NCBI GenBank assembly: GCA_964596085.1
Contig: CAZQSP010000001.1
Span: forward strand, 1 to 33,040
Source of the DNA: an uncultured Oscillospiraceae bacterium
Lineage (GTDB): Bacteria; Bacillota; Clostridia; Peptostreptococcales; Anaerovoracaceae
Length of the DNA: 33,040 bases
Reading direction: 5' to 3'
Positions 8,948 through 18,507 of the stretch are shown piece after piece. The translations under genes were made by a program, and so were the position numbers. Every line of letters begins with the position of its first letter. Within the stretch, counting starts at the first letter, position 1. A model generated the notes under the pieces. The model ran no database searches and was not told the DNA's origin. It worked only from the letters and a program-made list of their open reading frames with translations.

Positions 8948-10897
8948 ATGGCAGATTTGAAGTATTTAAGGAGATTATCCAAGGATTATCCCAATATAAT
9001 GGCAGCTTCAGCCGAAATCATTAACCTGAAGGCAATCCTGGCATTGCCGAAGGGCACCGAATATTTTTTGAGCGACCTGCACGGAGAGCATGAGGCGTTT
9101 ATACATATGCTAAAAAGTGCATCGGGAACCATAAAAGTAAAAATCGACGAGCACTACGGCAGCGTTTTGAGCGAAAAGGACAGACGTGATCTCGAATCGC
9201 TCATATACAATGCAGAGGCAGAGATAGCACGAAGAAAGAAAAGCGAGCAGAATTTTGACGATTGGTGTGCGACGGTGATATATCGCCTGATTACGATTTG
9301 TAAATCCGTATCGACCAAGTACACGCGCTCAAGAGTCCGCAGCCGTTTGCCGAAATATATGGATTACAGCATAGACGAGCTGCTCCACGCAGACGATGAG
9401 GAAAACAAGGCGCACTACTACAGCCAAATTATCCGTTCAATAGTCGAATGCGGCGTTGCGGAAAAATACATAGTGCAGCTGACGGAGGCAATCAGCAGGC
9501 TTGCCGTGGACAAGCTGCACATAATCGGCGATATTTTTGACAGAGGAGCGCACCCGGACGAGATAATGGATTTTCTGATGAATTATCACGATGTTGATTT
9601 TCAATGGGGGAATCACGACATAGTTTGGATGGGAGCGGCAATCGGCAACTGGGCGTGTATGACAAACCTGCTCAGAATGAATATCAGCTACAACAACTTT
9701 GATATGCTCGAGGTCGGATACGGCATCAACCTCAGACCTCTTGCAAGCTTTGCGCAGGAGGTTTACGGCGACGATCCCTGCGAGTTTTTCCGTCCGCATA
9801 TTTTGGATACAAACAAATTTGACCCGGTGGATGAGGATTTGGCGGCTCGTATGCACAAGGCAATAGCGATTTGTCAGTTCAAGGTCGAGGGTCAGCGAAT
9901 CAAGGCTCATCCGGAGTACAGGATGGAAAAACGTCTGCTGCTGGATAAGATAGATTTGGAGGCAGGCACGGTTGAGATAGAGGGTAAGCTTTGGGAGCTT
10001 CGCGATACGAATTTCCCTACACTGGATGTAAACAACCCGTACAAGCTCAGCGAGGAGGAGGAAGAAATGCTGAAGGCACTGGAGGCTTCCTTCCTCAATT
10101 CCGAAAAGCTGCAAAGGCATATCAAATTCCTTTACAGCCACGGCGCTCTGTACACAAGGATCAACGGAAATCTTCTCTATCACGGCTGCATACCTACGAC
10201 GGAGGACGGCGAGTTTGAGGAGGTTGAGCTTAACGGAGTAAAGCATTCCGGCAAGGCATTGATGGACTACCTGGATGATGAGGTAAGAAAAGCATACTTC
10301 AACCCGAATCGCGCAGGAGAAATAGGCAGATCCGGAGACATAATGTGGTATCTGTGGCTGGGAAGCAACTCACCGCTTTTCGGCAAGGAGAAGATGACGA
10401 CCTTTGAACGGCTGTTTATTGCAGACAAGGCAGCGCACAAGGAATACACAAAGCCGTATTACCGATACATAAAGGAAAAAAGCTACTGCGAAAAGATAAT
10501 CAGAGAGTTTGGCTTAAATCCGCGTACATCGAAGATTTTGAACGGTCACGTGCCCGTAAAAATCAAGGATGGTGAGTCGCCTATCAAGGGCGGCGGGCTG
10601 CTGTACGTGATAGACGGAGGCATATCCAAGGCATATCAGAAGCAGACCGGTATAGCAGGCTACACCTTTATATTCAACTCGCGATTTATGGCATTGGCAG
10701 AGCACAAGCCGTACAGCCCTTTGCAGCCGGACGGCACGCAGATATTCCATTCGCCGGTGATGAAAACGGTGGAAACGATGCCGGAAAGACTTCTCATAAT
10801 AGACACGGATCAGGGTGCTGATTTTGTGGAGAGGATAAGCGATTTGAACGCATTGGTGGAAGCCTTCCGAATGGGACAGATAAAAGAAATATATTGA
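8948..10897 (+). CDS. fbp: Fructose-1,6-bisphosphatase class 3 (Firmicutes type)
   Basis: EIINL.AIL.LPKGTE.F.SDLHGE, LHIIGDIFDRG, QWGNHD, LLYHGCIP, SPLFGK..M.TFER, NGHVPVK, VIDGG.SKAYQ..TGIAGYT; 649 aa. Confidence 0.95.
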   Translation: MADLKYLRRLSKDYPNIMAASAEIINLKAILALPKGTEYFLSDLHGEHEAFIHMLKSASGTIKVKIDEHYGSVLSEKDRRDLESLIYNAEAEIARRKKSEQNFDDWCATVIYRLITICKSVSTKYTRSRVRSRLPKYMDYSIDELLHADDEENKAHYYSQIIRSIVECGVAEKYIVQLTEAISRLAVDKLHIIGDIFDRGAHPDEIMDFLMNYHDVDFQWGNHDIVWMGAAIGNWACMTNLLRMNISYNNFDMLEVGYGINLRPLASFAQEVYGDDPCEFFRPHILDTNKFDPVDEDLAARMHKAIAICQFKVEGQRIKAHPEYRMEKRLLLDKIDLEAGTVEIEGKLWELRDTNFPTLDVNNPYKLSEEEEEMLKALEASFLNSEKLQRHIKFLYSHGALYTRINGNLLYHGCIPTTEDGEFEEVELNGVKHSGKALMDYLDDEVRKAYFNPNRAGEIGRSGDIMWYLWLGSNSPLFGKEKMTTFERLFIADKAAHKEYTKPYYRYIKEKSYCEKIIREFGLNPRTSKILNGHVPVKIKDGESPIKGGGLLYVIDGGISKAYQKQTGIAGYTFIFNSRFMALAEHKPYSPLQPDGTQIFHSPVMKTVETMPERLLIIDTDQGADFVERISDLNALVEAFRMGQIKEIY

Positions 10898-10901
10898 TTG
10901 C

Positions 10902-10941
10902 AAAAAAGAGCCCCGTGTCATACGTATGACACGGGACTCTT
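10902..10941. terminator. Bidirectional terminator between fbp and serA
   Basis: Perfect 24-bp palindrome cccgtgtcatac|gtatgacacggg (10912-10935) extended by aagag/ctctt; T-tract on the minus strand. Confidence 0.75.
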
Positions 10942-10963
10942 GTCTTTATCGCTTTTATGTATG

Positions 10964-12112
10964 CTATTTTTCGATGGTTCTTGACCGAATCAGCTTTGCG
11001 CCAAGCTCGCCGGAGAACAGAAGCCCCGGAGCCTGCTCGCCTGCAAGCTCAGCCAGCACATAAGCAATTCCGTCCTCGCGGCGGCTTGCCATTACACGGG
11101 AAACATTCAGCCCCGCAGCCGACAGCAGCCCAAGAATTTCCGTTGCCGGGTCTGCCATATCACGAATTATAAATGAAAGACGTACTCCGCCTTCCAGCTT
11201 GCCCATATCGAGTCTCGGGAAGTTGACGGAATTGATTATGTTTCCGTTTTCGAGGTAGTCGCGCAGCTCGTCTACGGCCATAACGGCGCAGTTATCCTCG
11301 GCCTCCGCCGTCGATGCGCCAAGGTGAGGCAGCAGTATGACATTTTTTCTGCCGACCATATTGTCGTTAGGAAAGTCCGTAACATATTTTGCGAGCTTGC
11401 CCGATTCAAGTGCAACGGCAAGGTCAAGCTCATTCACCAGCTTGTCACGGGAGAAGTTGAGAAGAACAGTACCGTCCTTCATTGCATCGAAAAGCTTTTT
11501 GTCCACCATTCCCTTTGTGCTGTCGTTGGCAGGGAGATGAAGTGTCACAAAATCACAGAGCGGAAGCATCTCCGCAAGGTCCCGGTAGACGCTTATTCCC
11601 TCGCCGCCGGATACATAGAAGGGATCGTAAGCGACAATTTCCATACCCAGAGCCCCGGCAGCGGCAGCAACCCTGCGACCAATGGCACCCAAGCCGACGA
11701 TACCCAGGGTCTTGCCCATTATTTCATTTCCGGCAAACTGTGACTTACCCTTTTCGACACTTTTGCTCACATCCTCGCTGAGCTCTGATGCCCAGGTGAG
11801 AGCCTGAGGAATATTTCTTGCGGCAAGCAGGAGACCGCAAAGCACCAGCTCCTTGACTGCATTTGCATTTGCCCCGGGGGTATTGAACACGACTATACCC
11901 TTTTCGGCGCAGCGGTCAAGCGGAATGTTGTTTACTCCCGCACCGGCTCTGGCAACAGCCTTGAGCCTGTCGGAAAGCTCCATTTCGTGCATATCCTGAC
12001 TTCTGACAAGTATGCCGTCAGCCTCGCCGAGCTCATCCGTGAGTGCGTAAGCTGCGGTGAGCTGCTTGAGTCCTACAGGGGAAATCTTATTCAATCTTGC
12101 TATTTTATACAT
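10964..12112 (-). CDS. serA: D-3-phosphoglycerate dehydrogenase
   Basis: ARAGAGVNNIP, VFNTPGANANAVKE, GLGAIG, LHLP, NFSR, PHLGAST.EAE.NCA, NSVNFP; divergent from serC. Confidence 0.85.
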   Translation of the reverse strand: MYKIARLNKISPVGLKQLTAAYALTDELGEADGILVRSQDMHEMELSDRLKAVARAGAGVNNIPLDRCAEKGIVVFNTPGANANAVKELVLCGLLLAARNIPQALTWASELSEDVSKSVEKGKSQFAGNEIMGKTLGIVGLGAIGRRVAAAAGALGMEIVAYDPFYVSGGEGISVYRDLAEMLPLCDFVTLHLPANDSTKGMVDKKLFDAMKDGTVLLNFSRDKLVNELDLAVALESGKLAKYVTDFPNDNMVGRKNVILLPHLGASTAEAEDNCAVMAVDELRDYLENGNIINSVNFPRLDMGKLEGGVRLSFIIRDMADPATEILGLLSAAGLNVSRVMASRREDGIAYVLAELAGEQAPGLLFSGELGAKLIRSRTIEK

Positions 12113-12194
12113 TTATGTTTACCTCCTCAAATAGTACGCGAACGCAGGGCAGCAGAGGTGAAGCAGCTCTGTCTGCTGATTTTCGTTCTTTGAC

Positions 12195-12235
12195 AAGTAT
12201 ATCACTTTACGAAAGCTCCGTAAAGTGGTATACTT
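12195..12235. promoter_or_regulatory. Palindromic bidirectional promoter for serA and serC
   Basis: 17-bp inverted repeat with 1 mismatch and 7-bp spacer; each strand reads TTTACG-17bp-TATACT with a TG extended -10. Confidence 0.65.
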
Positions 12236-12268
12236 ACTATATCTATCGAAAAAATCAGGAGGAAAATC

Positions 12269-13363
12269 ATGAGCAATTACAATCGCGTATATAACTTTTC
12301 TGCAGGTCCGTCGGTGCTTCCGCTGGAGGTTCTGGAGCAGGTGCAGAAGGATTTGCTTAACTACGAGGGAAGCGGTCAGTCGGTCATGGAGATGAGCCAC
12401 CGTTCCAAGGAATATCAAAGGATTATTGACGATGCGGAAGCCAATCTCAGAGAACTTATGAACATTCCTGACAACTATAAGGTTCTCTTTGTGCAGGGCG
12501 GAGGCACCTTGCAGTTTGCAATGGTTCCGCTGAATCTGCTCCGCAACTCAAGGAAGGCAGATTATGTTCTGACCGGTACCTGGGCAAAGAAGGCATACAA
12601 GGAGGCAACAAAATTCGGAGACATCAGAGTAATTGCTTCCTCAGAGGACGATAAGTTTACATGGGTGCCAAAGATAAAAAAGGACGACATCAGAGAGGAT
12701 GCCGACTATGTATATATAGCTACCAACAATACGATTTACGGAACCAAATTCAACTATGTTCCGCAGACCGGGGACATCCCGCTCGTTGCGGATATGTCCT
12801 CCAACATACTCTCTGAGGTCATAGATGTAAGCAAATTCGGAATGATATGGGCAGGCGCGCAGAAAAACGTAGGTCCTGCCGGTGCTACCATCGTAATCAT
12901 CAGAGAGGATTTGCTGGGACACGCCTGCGAGGCAGCTCCGACATATCTGGATTACAAGATCCACGCTGACAACGGTTCCATGTACAACACACCGCCTTGC
13001 TTCTCCATCTATGTTGCCGGCGAGGTTTTCAAATACCTCAAGTCGATTGGCGGAATAGAGGAAATGGAAAGAAGAAACAAGGAAAAAGCAAGGCTTCTGT
13101 ATGATTGCATTGACGAAAGCAGGCTTTTTACCTGCCCTGTTGCGGCAGAGGATCGCTCGCTTATGAATGTCGTATTTATGACAGGCGATGCAGAGCTTGA
13201 CAAGAGATTTATTGCAGAGGCAAAGCAAAGAGGCATGATCAATCTTGCCGGACACCGCTCACTCGGAGGAATGCGCGCAAGTATATACAACGCGATGCCA
13301 AAGGAGGGTGTTGCCGCGCTGGTTGATTTTATGAAGGAATTTGAAGAGGAGAACAAAATATGA
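12269..13363 (+). CDS. serC: Phosphoserine aminotransferase
   Basis: YNFSAGP, SVMEMSHRS, QGGG..QF, NNTIYG, DMSS, GAQKNVGPAG (PLP lysine), YNTPP, GHRS.GG.RASIYNA. Confidence 0.97.
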   Translation: MSNYNRVYNFSAGPSVLPLEVLEQVQKDLLNYEGSGQSVMEMSHRSKEYQRIIDDAEANLRELMNIPDNYKVLFVQGGGTLQFAMVPLNLLRNSRKADYVLTGTWAKKAYKEATKFGDIRVIASSEDDKFTWVPKIKKDDIREDADYVYIATNNTIYGTKFNYVPQTGDIPLVADMSSNILSEVIDVSKFGMIWAGAQKNVGPAGATIVIIREDLLGHACEAAPTYLDYKIHADNGSMYNTPPCFSIYVAGEVFKYLKSIGGIEEMERRNKEKARLLYDCIDESRLFTCPVAAEDRSLMNVVFMTGDAELDKRFIAEAKQRGMINLAGHRSLGGMRASIYNAMPKEGVAALVDFMKEFEEENKI

Positions 13364-14595
13364 AATACCTGATTGTTGTACCCGACGGCTCTGCCGATGA
13401 GCCGATTGACTCCTTGGGAGGCAGAACACCGCTAGAAGCAGCAAATATTCCGACTATGGATATGCTTGCCGCAAGAGGCAGAATAGGAACGGTAAGGACA
13501 GTTCCAGAGGGAGTCGGTCCGGGAAGCGATTCTGCCAACCTCTCGGTAATGGGCTATGATCCGAGAATTTATTTGACGGGACGTTCACCGCTTGAGGCTG
13601 CGGCTATTGGCGTGGATATGCTGGATACCGATATTTCGTTCAGGGCGAATTTTATAACGATAGATCCGGCAGGCGAGGCAGCCTACGAGGACTATATCGT
13701 AAGAGACCATGCGGCAGGAGATATCACCACGGAGGAATGTGAGGAGCTGCTGAAGTGCATCAACGAGCATTTTGCAAACGAAAACCTGTTTTTCCATACG
13801 GGAACGGGCTACAGACATTGTATGCTCCTCAAAAAAGAACATCCACACGCACATACCGAGTACAAGTGCGTACCACCGCACGATATTTTGGACAGAAGCG
13901 CACGCGAATATCTTCCAAGGGGCAAAAGCGCAAGCTTTTTGACAGATATGATGCGCGAAAGCTACGAGCTGCTGAAGGATCATCCGGTAAACAAGGCGAG
14001 GCTCGAAAGAGGACTCAACCCGGCGAACAGCCTGTGGATATGGGGACAGGGAACCCGACCGCAGCTCCCGAGCTTTGAGGAGAAGTTTGGAGTAAAGGCG
14101 ACGGTGATATCGGCGGTAGATTTGATTCGCGGAATCGGCAAATTTGCGGGTATCAGCGTGGCAGATGTCGAGGGTGCGGACGGAACGATAAATACAAATT
14201 ATGAGGGCAAGGTCGCAAAGGCTGTCGAGGAATACGAGCGCGGTCAGAATATGGTCTATATGCACATCGAGGGCACGGACGAGTGCTCACACCAAGGCAA
14301 TCTCGAGGCAAAGATGCGCTGTGCGGAATATATTGACGGCAGAGTCGTGCGCCCGCTGTACGAATATCTCAAGAGCAGCGGAGACGACTTCAAAATACTG
14401 CTCGTGCCGGATCACAGGACACCGCTTGCGATAAGGACACACTCCTCAGACCCTGTTCCGTTTGTTATATACGACAGCAGAGACGAGCTTCCGCTTGACA
14501 AAAGCAGACAGTTCAACGAAAGAGCAGCGGCGGCAGCGGACAATCACATAGAGGAAGGTCATACGCTTGCGGACATTTTCTTTGAGAGAAAATAG
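13360..14595 (+). CDS. Cofactor-independent phosphoglycerate mutase, ApgM-like (alkaline phosphatase superfamily)
   Basis: DG.AD.P...LGGRTPL, PGSD.AN.SV.GYDP, GRSPLEA, ISAVDLI.G.G, HIE..DE..H.G, PDH.TP...RTH; ATGA overlap with serC. Confidence 0.85.
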   Translation: MKYLIVVPDGSADEPIDSLGGRTPLEAANIPTMDMLAARGRIGTVRTVPEGVGPGSDSANLSVMGYDPRIYLTGRSPLEAAAIGVDMLDTDISFRANFITIDPAGEAAYEDYIVRDHAAGDITTEECEELLKCINEHFANENLFFHTGTGYRHCMLLKKEHPHAHTEYKCVPPHDILDRSAREYLPRGKSASFLTDMMRESYELLKDHPVNKARLERGLNPANSLWIWGQGTRPQLPSFEEKFGVKATVISAVDLIRGIGKFAGISVADVEGADGTINTNYEGKVAKAVEEYERGQNMVYMHIEGTDECSHQGNLEAKMRCAEYIDGRVVRPLYEYLKSSGDDFKILLVPDHRTPLAIRTHSSDPVPFVIYDSRDELPLDKSRQFNERAAAAADNHIEEGHTLADIFFERK

Positions 14596-14638
14596 GCGGA
14601 CCGGGGCATACGCAAAAGGGGAAAGACGGACAGGGACT

Positions 14639-16024
14639 ATGAAAAAAACGAAGAAACAAATAACGAAGAAACGAATTTTGAATAAATTGCTTTGCGCATT
14701 CTTGCTTTTTACAATAATGGGAGCAAATATACCGACGGTGGCATTTGCGGCGACAAAGCCCGAGGTGACGGGAAGCTCGGCAATGGTATACTGTGCGACG
14801 ACAGAAGAACTTCTTTGGGAGAAGAACGCAGACGAGAAGCACAATCCTGCCAGCATAACAAAGCTGATGACCTGCCTCATAGCGGCAGAGGAGCTCGGTC
14901 TGAGCACAAGGATTACGGTGGATGCCGAGGCGACAAAGGTAGACAAGGCAAGGTCGGCAGTTTATGCCGGGGAGGAAATCAGCGTAGAGGATCTGATTTA
15001 TCAGGCGCTTCTGACCTCGGCAAACGATGCCGCAAAAGCACTGGGAATAGCAGTCTCAGGGACTCAGAAGGAGTTTGCCGGACTGATGAATGCGCGGGCA
15101 AAGCAAATCGGCTGTACCAACACGCATTTTGCAAATGCCAGCGGAGTCAAGGCTGCCGGCTACGAATGCAGCTCAACGGCAAGGGATGTCGTTCTGATTG
15201 CAAGAGAGGCATTCAAAAACGAAGATATAAGGCGAATTGCAGGAAGCGCAAAATACACGCTGCCTGCCACCAACAAGAACGCCGAAAGGGAGCTTGAGAC
15301 CACAAATCTCTTTCTCGAGGGCGGGAAGACCGAGACCTTCAACGGAGTACTCAAGGTAAAAAAGTATGATGGCGTGTTTGCCGGTAAAACGGGCACAACC
15401 CCCGATTACAGGACTACCATGGTGGTCGGCTGCGATATAGACGGCTTTGAGATATATGCGGTAATAATGGATTCGACACTTGACGACAGGTACAGTGATA
15501 TCAGGGCACTTTTGAATTACGCCAAGCGCAGCCTCTCCAAGTATACGGCATTTGATAAGGGCAAAGGCTTCGGTGAGGCAGGGCTGAAGGGAGGCGCCAC
15601 AAACAAGGTAGAGGCGCTGGCAAAGGAAGCCGGATACATCAATCTACCGGAGGGCGCTTCCGCCTCACTTGTAACTACCAAGACCGTATACGAGGATGCT
15701 CTGAGGGCACCCATAAAAAAGGGTGATACTGTCGGAAGGGTAGAAATCTATCTTGCCGACGATTATGTCAGGAGCATCGAGCTGGGCGCGGCAGAGGACG
15801 TGAAGGAGGGCTGGTTCCTCTCCGGACTCGGAATTACCAACCTGCAGACGGTTTTGATATTAGTGATAATTGCTCTGATTTTGGCTTTGTGCATAAGCAT
15901 TATGATACTGCGCGCACTCAATCGCAAGAAACGCCGGGAGGCAAGACAGGCGAAGCTGCGCCGTATAGCCTTGCAGCAGCTTGAGCGAGAGCGCGACGTT
16001 AAGCAAAGGAATTGGCCGTACTGA
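14639..16024 (+). CDS. D-alanyl-D-alanine carboxypeptidase (peptidase S11)
   Basis: Signal peptide ending AFA, PASITK (SxxK), SAN (SxN), GKTG, C-terminal TM with basic tail. Confidence 0.9.
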   Translation: MKKTKKQITKKRILNKLLCAFLLFTIMGANIPTVAFAATKPEVTGSSAMVYCATTEELLWEKNADEKHNPASITKLMTCLIAAEELGLSTRITVDAEATKVDKARSAVYAGEEISVEDLIYQALLTSANDAAKALGIAVSGTQKEFAGLMNARAKQIGCTNTHFANASGVKAAGYECSSTARDVVLIAREAFKNEDIRRIAGSAKYTLPATNKNAERELETTNLFLEGGKTETFNGVLKVKKYDGVFAGKTGTTPDYRTTMVVGCDIDGFEIYAVIMDSTLDDRYSDIRALLNYAKRSLSKYTAFDKGKGFGEAGLKGGATNKVEALAKEAGYINLPEGASASLVTTKTVYEDALRAPIKKGDTVGRVEIYLADDYVRSIELGAAEDVKEGWFLSGLGITNLQTVLILVIIALILALCISIMILRALNRKKRREARQAKLRRIALQQLERERDVKQRNWPY

Positions 16025-17868
16025 TGTTTGATATCAAGGAAAATCTAAAAAAGCTCCCGGATAGCCCGGGAGTTTATCTTCATAAGGACAAGCTCGGACA
16101 GGTGATATATGTGGGCAAGGCAATCTCATTGAGGAACCGAGTGCGACAGTATTTTCAAAGCTCGGCAAATCACAGCGCAAAGGTGCGCGCCATGGTTTCC
16201 AACATTGCCGAATTTGAGTACATCACCTGCAGGACAGAGATGGAAGCCCTCATACTCGAGTGCAACCTCATAAAAAAATATGCACCGAAGTACAATGTAC
16301 TGCTTCGTGACGACAAAACCTATCCGTATATAAAGGTAACGCTTGCGGAGGAGTATCCACGAGTGCTCAAAACAAGGCTGATAAAAAAGGACGGAAGCAA
16401 ATATTTCGGACCCTACAGCGATGCGGGTGCAGTCAACGACATCATCGAGCTTCTGAACAGAATATATGTGCTGAAAAGGTGCTCTGTCGCAAGCTTTCCG
16501 CAGGGGCACAGACCCTGCCTCAACTATCACATAGGACAGTGCAGAGGCATCTGTACGGGAAGCATAAGCAAGGAGGAATACCGCAGGCATATCGACGAGG
16601 TCATGAGCTTTTTGGGAGGCAAGCAGAAGCCGCTCATAGATTATCTGACGGCTCAGATGCGCAATGCCGCAGAGGAAATGAAGTATGAGGAGGCGGCAGT
16701 ATACCGTGATCACATAGCGGCTGTGACAGCGATAAGCGAAACGCAGCGGGTAACGATGACCTCGGGCAAGGATATGGATATTGTTCTGCCTGTGGGAACG
16801 GGAGAAAACACCTCCATTGCCCTGTTTACGGTGCGAGACGGCAAGCTCAGCGGCAGGGAGACCTTCAATATTCAGACCGGTGCAGAGGACGATTACGATA
16901 TGGTGGTCGGCGAGTTTATCAAGCAGTATTACAGTATGTGGGCGCAGCTTGTGCCGGAGATTCTGCTTGCAAGACCCCTGAAGGAGGCGGAGCTGATAGA
17001 ACAGTATCTGGAAGGCTTGGGCGACGGAAGGGGCAGCCGCAGAGTCCGCATATTTGTCCCTCAGAAGGGCGAAAAGCGCGCACTGCTCGAATTGGCAAGC
17101 AAGGATGTGGTCGAGCTTGCAAAAACGCTGGAAATCAAGGTCGAAACAGCAAAGGAAAAGGAGAATGCGCTCAGGAATGCACTTGCGGGGCTTTTGGGCG
17201 AGGAGAAGGAGTTTTACAGAGTCGAGGCATATGATATTTCCAATACAAACGGCGTGGATACCGTAGGCGCAATGGTAGTTTTCCAAAACCTTCAGCCCGT
17301 AAAAAAGGCCTACAGGCGCTTCAAGATACGGACGGTTGAAGGCCCCGACGATTACGGCAGCCTCCGGGAGATGCTTTACAGACGATTCAGACGTGCAGAG
17401 GCAGGAGATCCGGGCTTTGGCACACTCCCCGATTTGATTTTGATGGACGGCGGACAGGGACAGGTAAGCTCTGCCGAAAAGGTGCTGACTGCGATGAGGC
17501 TTTCGATTCCTGTGCTCGGAATGGCAAAGGACGACAGCCACAGGACAAGAGCGCTCGTAAACAGCAGAGGTCAGGAATATCTGCTGAGGCAGGATCCGCT
17601 CCTGTTCAAATACTGCGGTCGCATACAGGAGGAGGTTCACAGGTTCGCAATAGAGTACCACAGAAGCCTTCACAGCAGAAATTCAATCGGTTCGCTGCTT
17701 GACAATATCAAAGGAATAGGTCCGGCGAAGCGAAACGCCTTGCTTGCTCATTTTAAGTCTGTGGAAAATATAAGGGCGGCGAGCACGGCGGAGCTGAGCG
17801 CCGTAGCAGGCATCACGGAGAAAAATGCCGAGGCAATAAAGGAATATTTTGTCAAGAGAGAGAATTAG
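16024..17868 (+). CDS. uvrC: Excinuclease ABC subunit C
   Basis: PGVY...IYVGKA..LR.RV..YF (GIY-YIG), EAL.LE.NLIK...P.YN, UVR domain, RVEAYDISN, DDY, DGG.GQ, HRFAI.YHR, HhH GIGP; TGATG overlap with dac. Confidence 0.97.
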   Translation: MFDIKENLKKLPDSPGVYLHKDKLGQVIYVGKAISLRNRVRQYFQSSANHSAKVRAMVSNIAEFEYITCRTEMEALILECNLIKKYAPKYNVLLRDDKTYPYIKVTLAEEYPRVLKTRLIKKDGSKYFGPYSDAGAVNDIIELLNRIYVLKRCSVASFPQGHRPCLNYHIGQCRGICTGSISKEEYRRHIDEVMSFLGGKQKPLIDYLTAQMRNAAEEMKYEEAAVYRDHIAAVTAISETQRVTMTSGKDMDIVLPVGTGENTSIALFTVRDGKLSGRETFNIQTGAEDDYDMVVGEFIKQYYSMWAQLVPEILLARPLKEAELIEQYLEGLGDGRGSRRVRIFVPQKGEKRALLELASKDVVELAKTLEIKVETAKEKENALRNALAGLLGEEKEFYRVEAYDISNTNGVDTVGAMVVFQNLQPVKKAYRRFKIRTVEGPDDYGSLREMLYRRFRRAEAGDPGFGTLPDLILMDGGQGQVSSAEKVLTAMRLSIPVLGMAKDDSHRTRALVNSRGQEYLLRQDPLLFKYCGRIQEEVHRFAIEYHRSLHSRNSIGSLLDNIKGIGPAKRNALLAHFKSVENIRAASTAELSAVAGITEKNAEAIKEYFVKREN

Positions 17869-17880
17869 GCAATATTTCGG

Positions 17881-17909
17881 TTGCCTGCATCGCGTTTTTG
17901 TGTTAAAAT
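17881..17909 (+). promoter_or_regulatory. sigmaA-type promoter for the DUF1292 gene
   Basis: TTGCCT-17bp-TAAAAT with TG extended -10. Confidence 0.55.
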
Positions 17910-17970
17910 ATAGCAATTAGAGCAGCTTAGCAAATGAAACAAGCTAAATATGATTTGCGGAGGATAGAAA

Positions 17971-18246
17971 ATGGCAAACGAAAAGAAAAACAGCGTAAAC
18001 GAAGAAGCTGATATCATTACGCTGGTATACGATGACGGCGAGGAAATCGAGTGCGAGGTAATGGGTGTGTTCGAGTGTAACGGCAAGGAATATATCGCAG
18101 TGATCCCGCATGACAGCACGGACGATGTGTATATCTACGGTTACAAGGAGATAGGCGAGGATGAATACGACATCTTCGACATTGAGGATGATGACGAATT
18201 TGAGGCAGCGGTTGCTGAGTTCGATGCCATCATGGACGAGCAGTAG
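17971..18246 (+). CDS. DUF1292 family small acidic protein
   Basis: IITL..DDGEE.E..V...F...GKEY...IEDDDEFE; RBS GGAGGA. Confidence 0.8.
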   Translation: MANEKKNSVNEEADIITLVYDDGEEIECEVMGVFECNGKEYIAVIPHDSTDDVYIYGYKEIGEDEYDIFDIEDDDEFEAAVAEFDAIMDEQ

Positions 18247-18297
18247 GACAGATACCGCCTATGCCGAGAGTCGGCGAGAGCAAAATGAACAGCATAT

Positions 18298-18341
18298 TAC
18301 CGCTTATGCGAGCAGAGCTTGCCGCAGAAGCGGTATTTTTT
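18298..18341 (+). terminator. Rho-independent terminator after the DUF1292 gene
   Basis: taccgctt...aagcggta stem (inner gcgagc-aga-gcttgc) followed by T6. Confidence 0.65.
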
Positions 18342-18478
18342 GTGCCCATAGGTCAAAAGATAAGGGCGACAAGCTTGTGCCAAAAAACAAAAAAAGAAGC
18401 CACAAGGGTCGGTTCACATAGAACACACACAAAACACAAAAAAACAAGAGAAAACTTTAACAAAGCTTCAAAAAAAGC

Positions 18479-18507
18479 TTGACCAGACTGCTTTAGTTTG
18501 GTAAAAT
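18479..18507 (+). promoter_or_regulatory. sigmaA-type promoter for the giant surface-protein gene
   Basis: TTGACC-17bp-TAAAAT with TG extended -10; A-tracts upstream. Confidence 0.65.

Noticed and set aside
16126-17673. 515-aa antisense ORF over uvrC (similar ones over fbp, serC, apgM, DMT)
   Set aside because: Shadow frames of well-supported genes, with no recognisable motifs.
18410-18424. gttc-acata-gaac, LexA-like half sites
   Set aside because: Orientation and spacing do not match the Firmicutes GAAC-N4-GTTC box.
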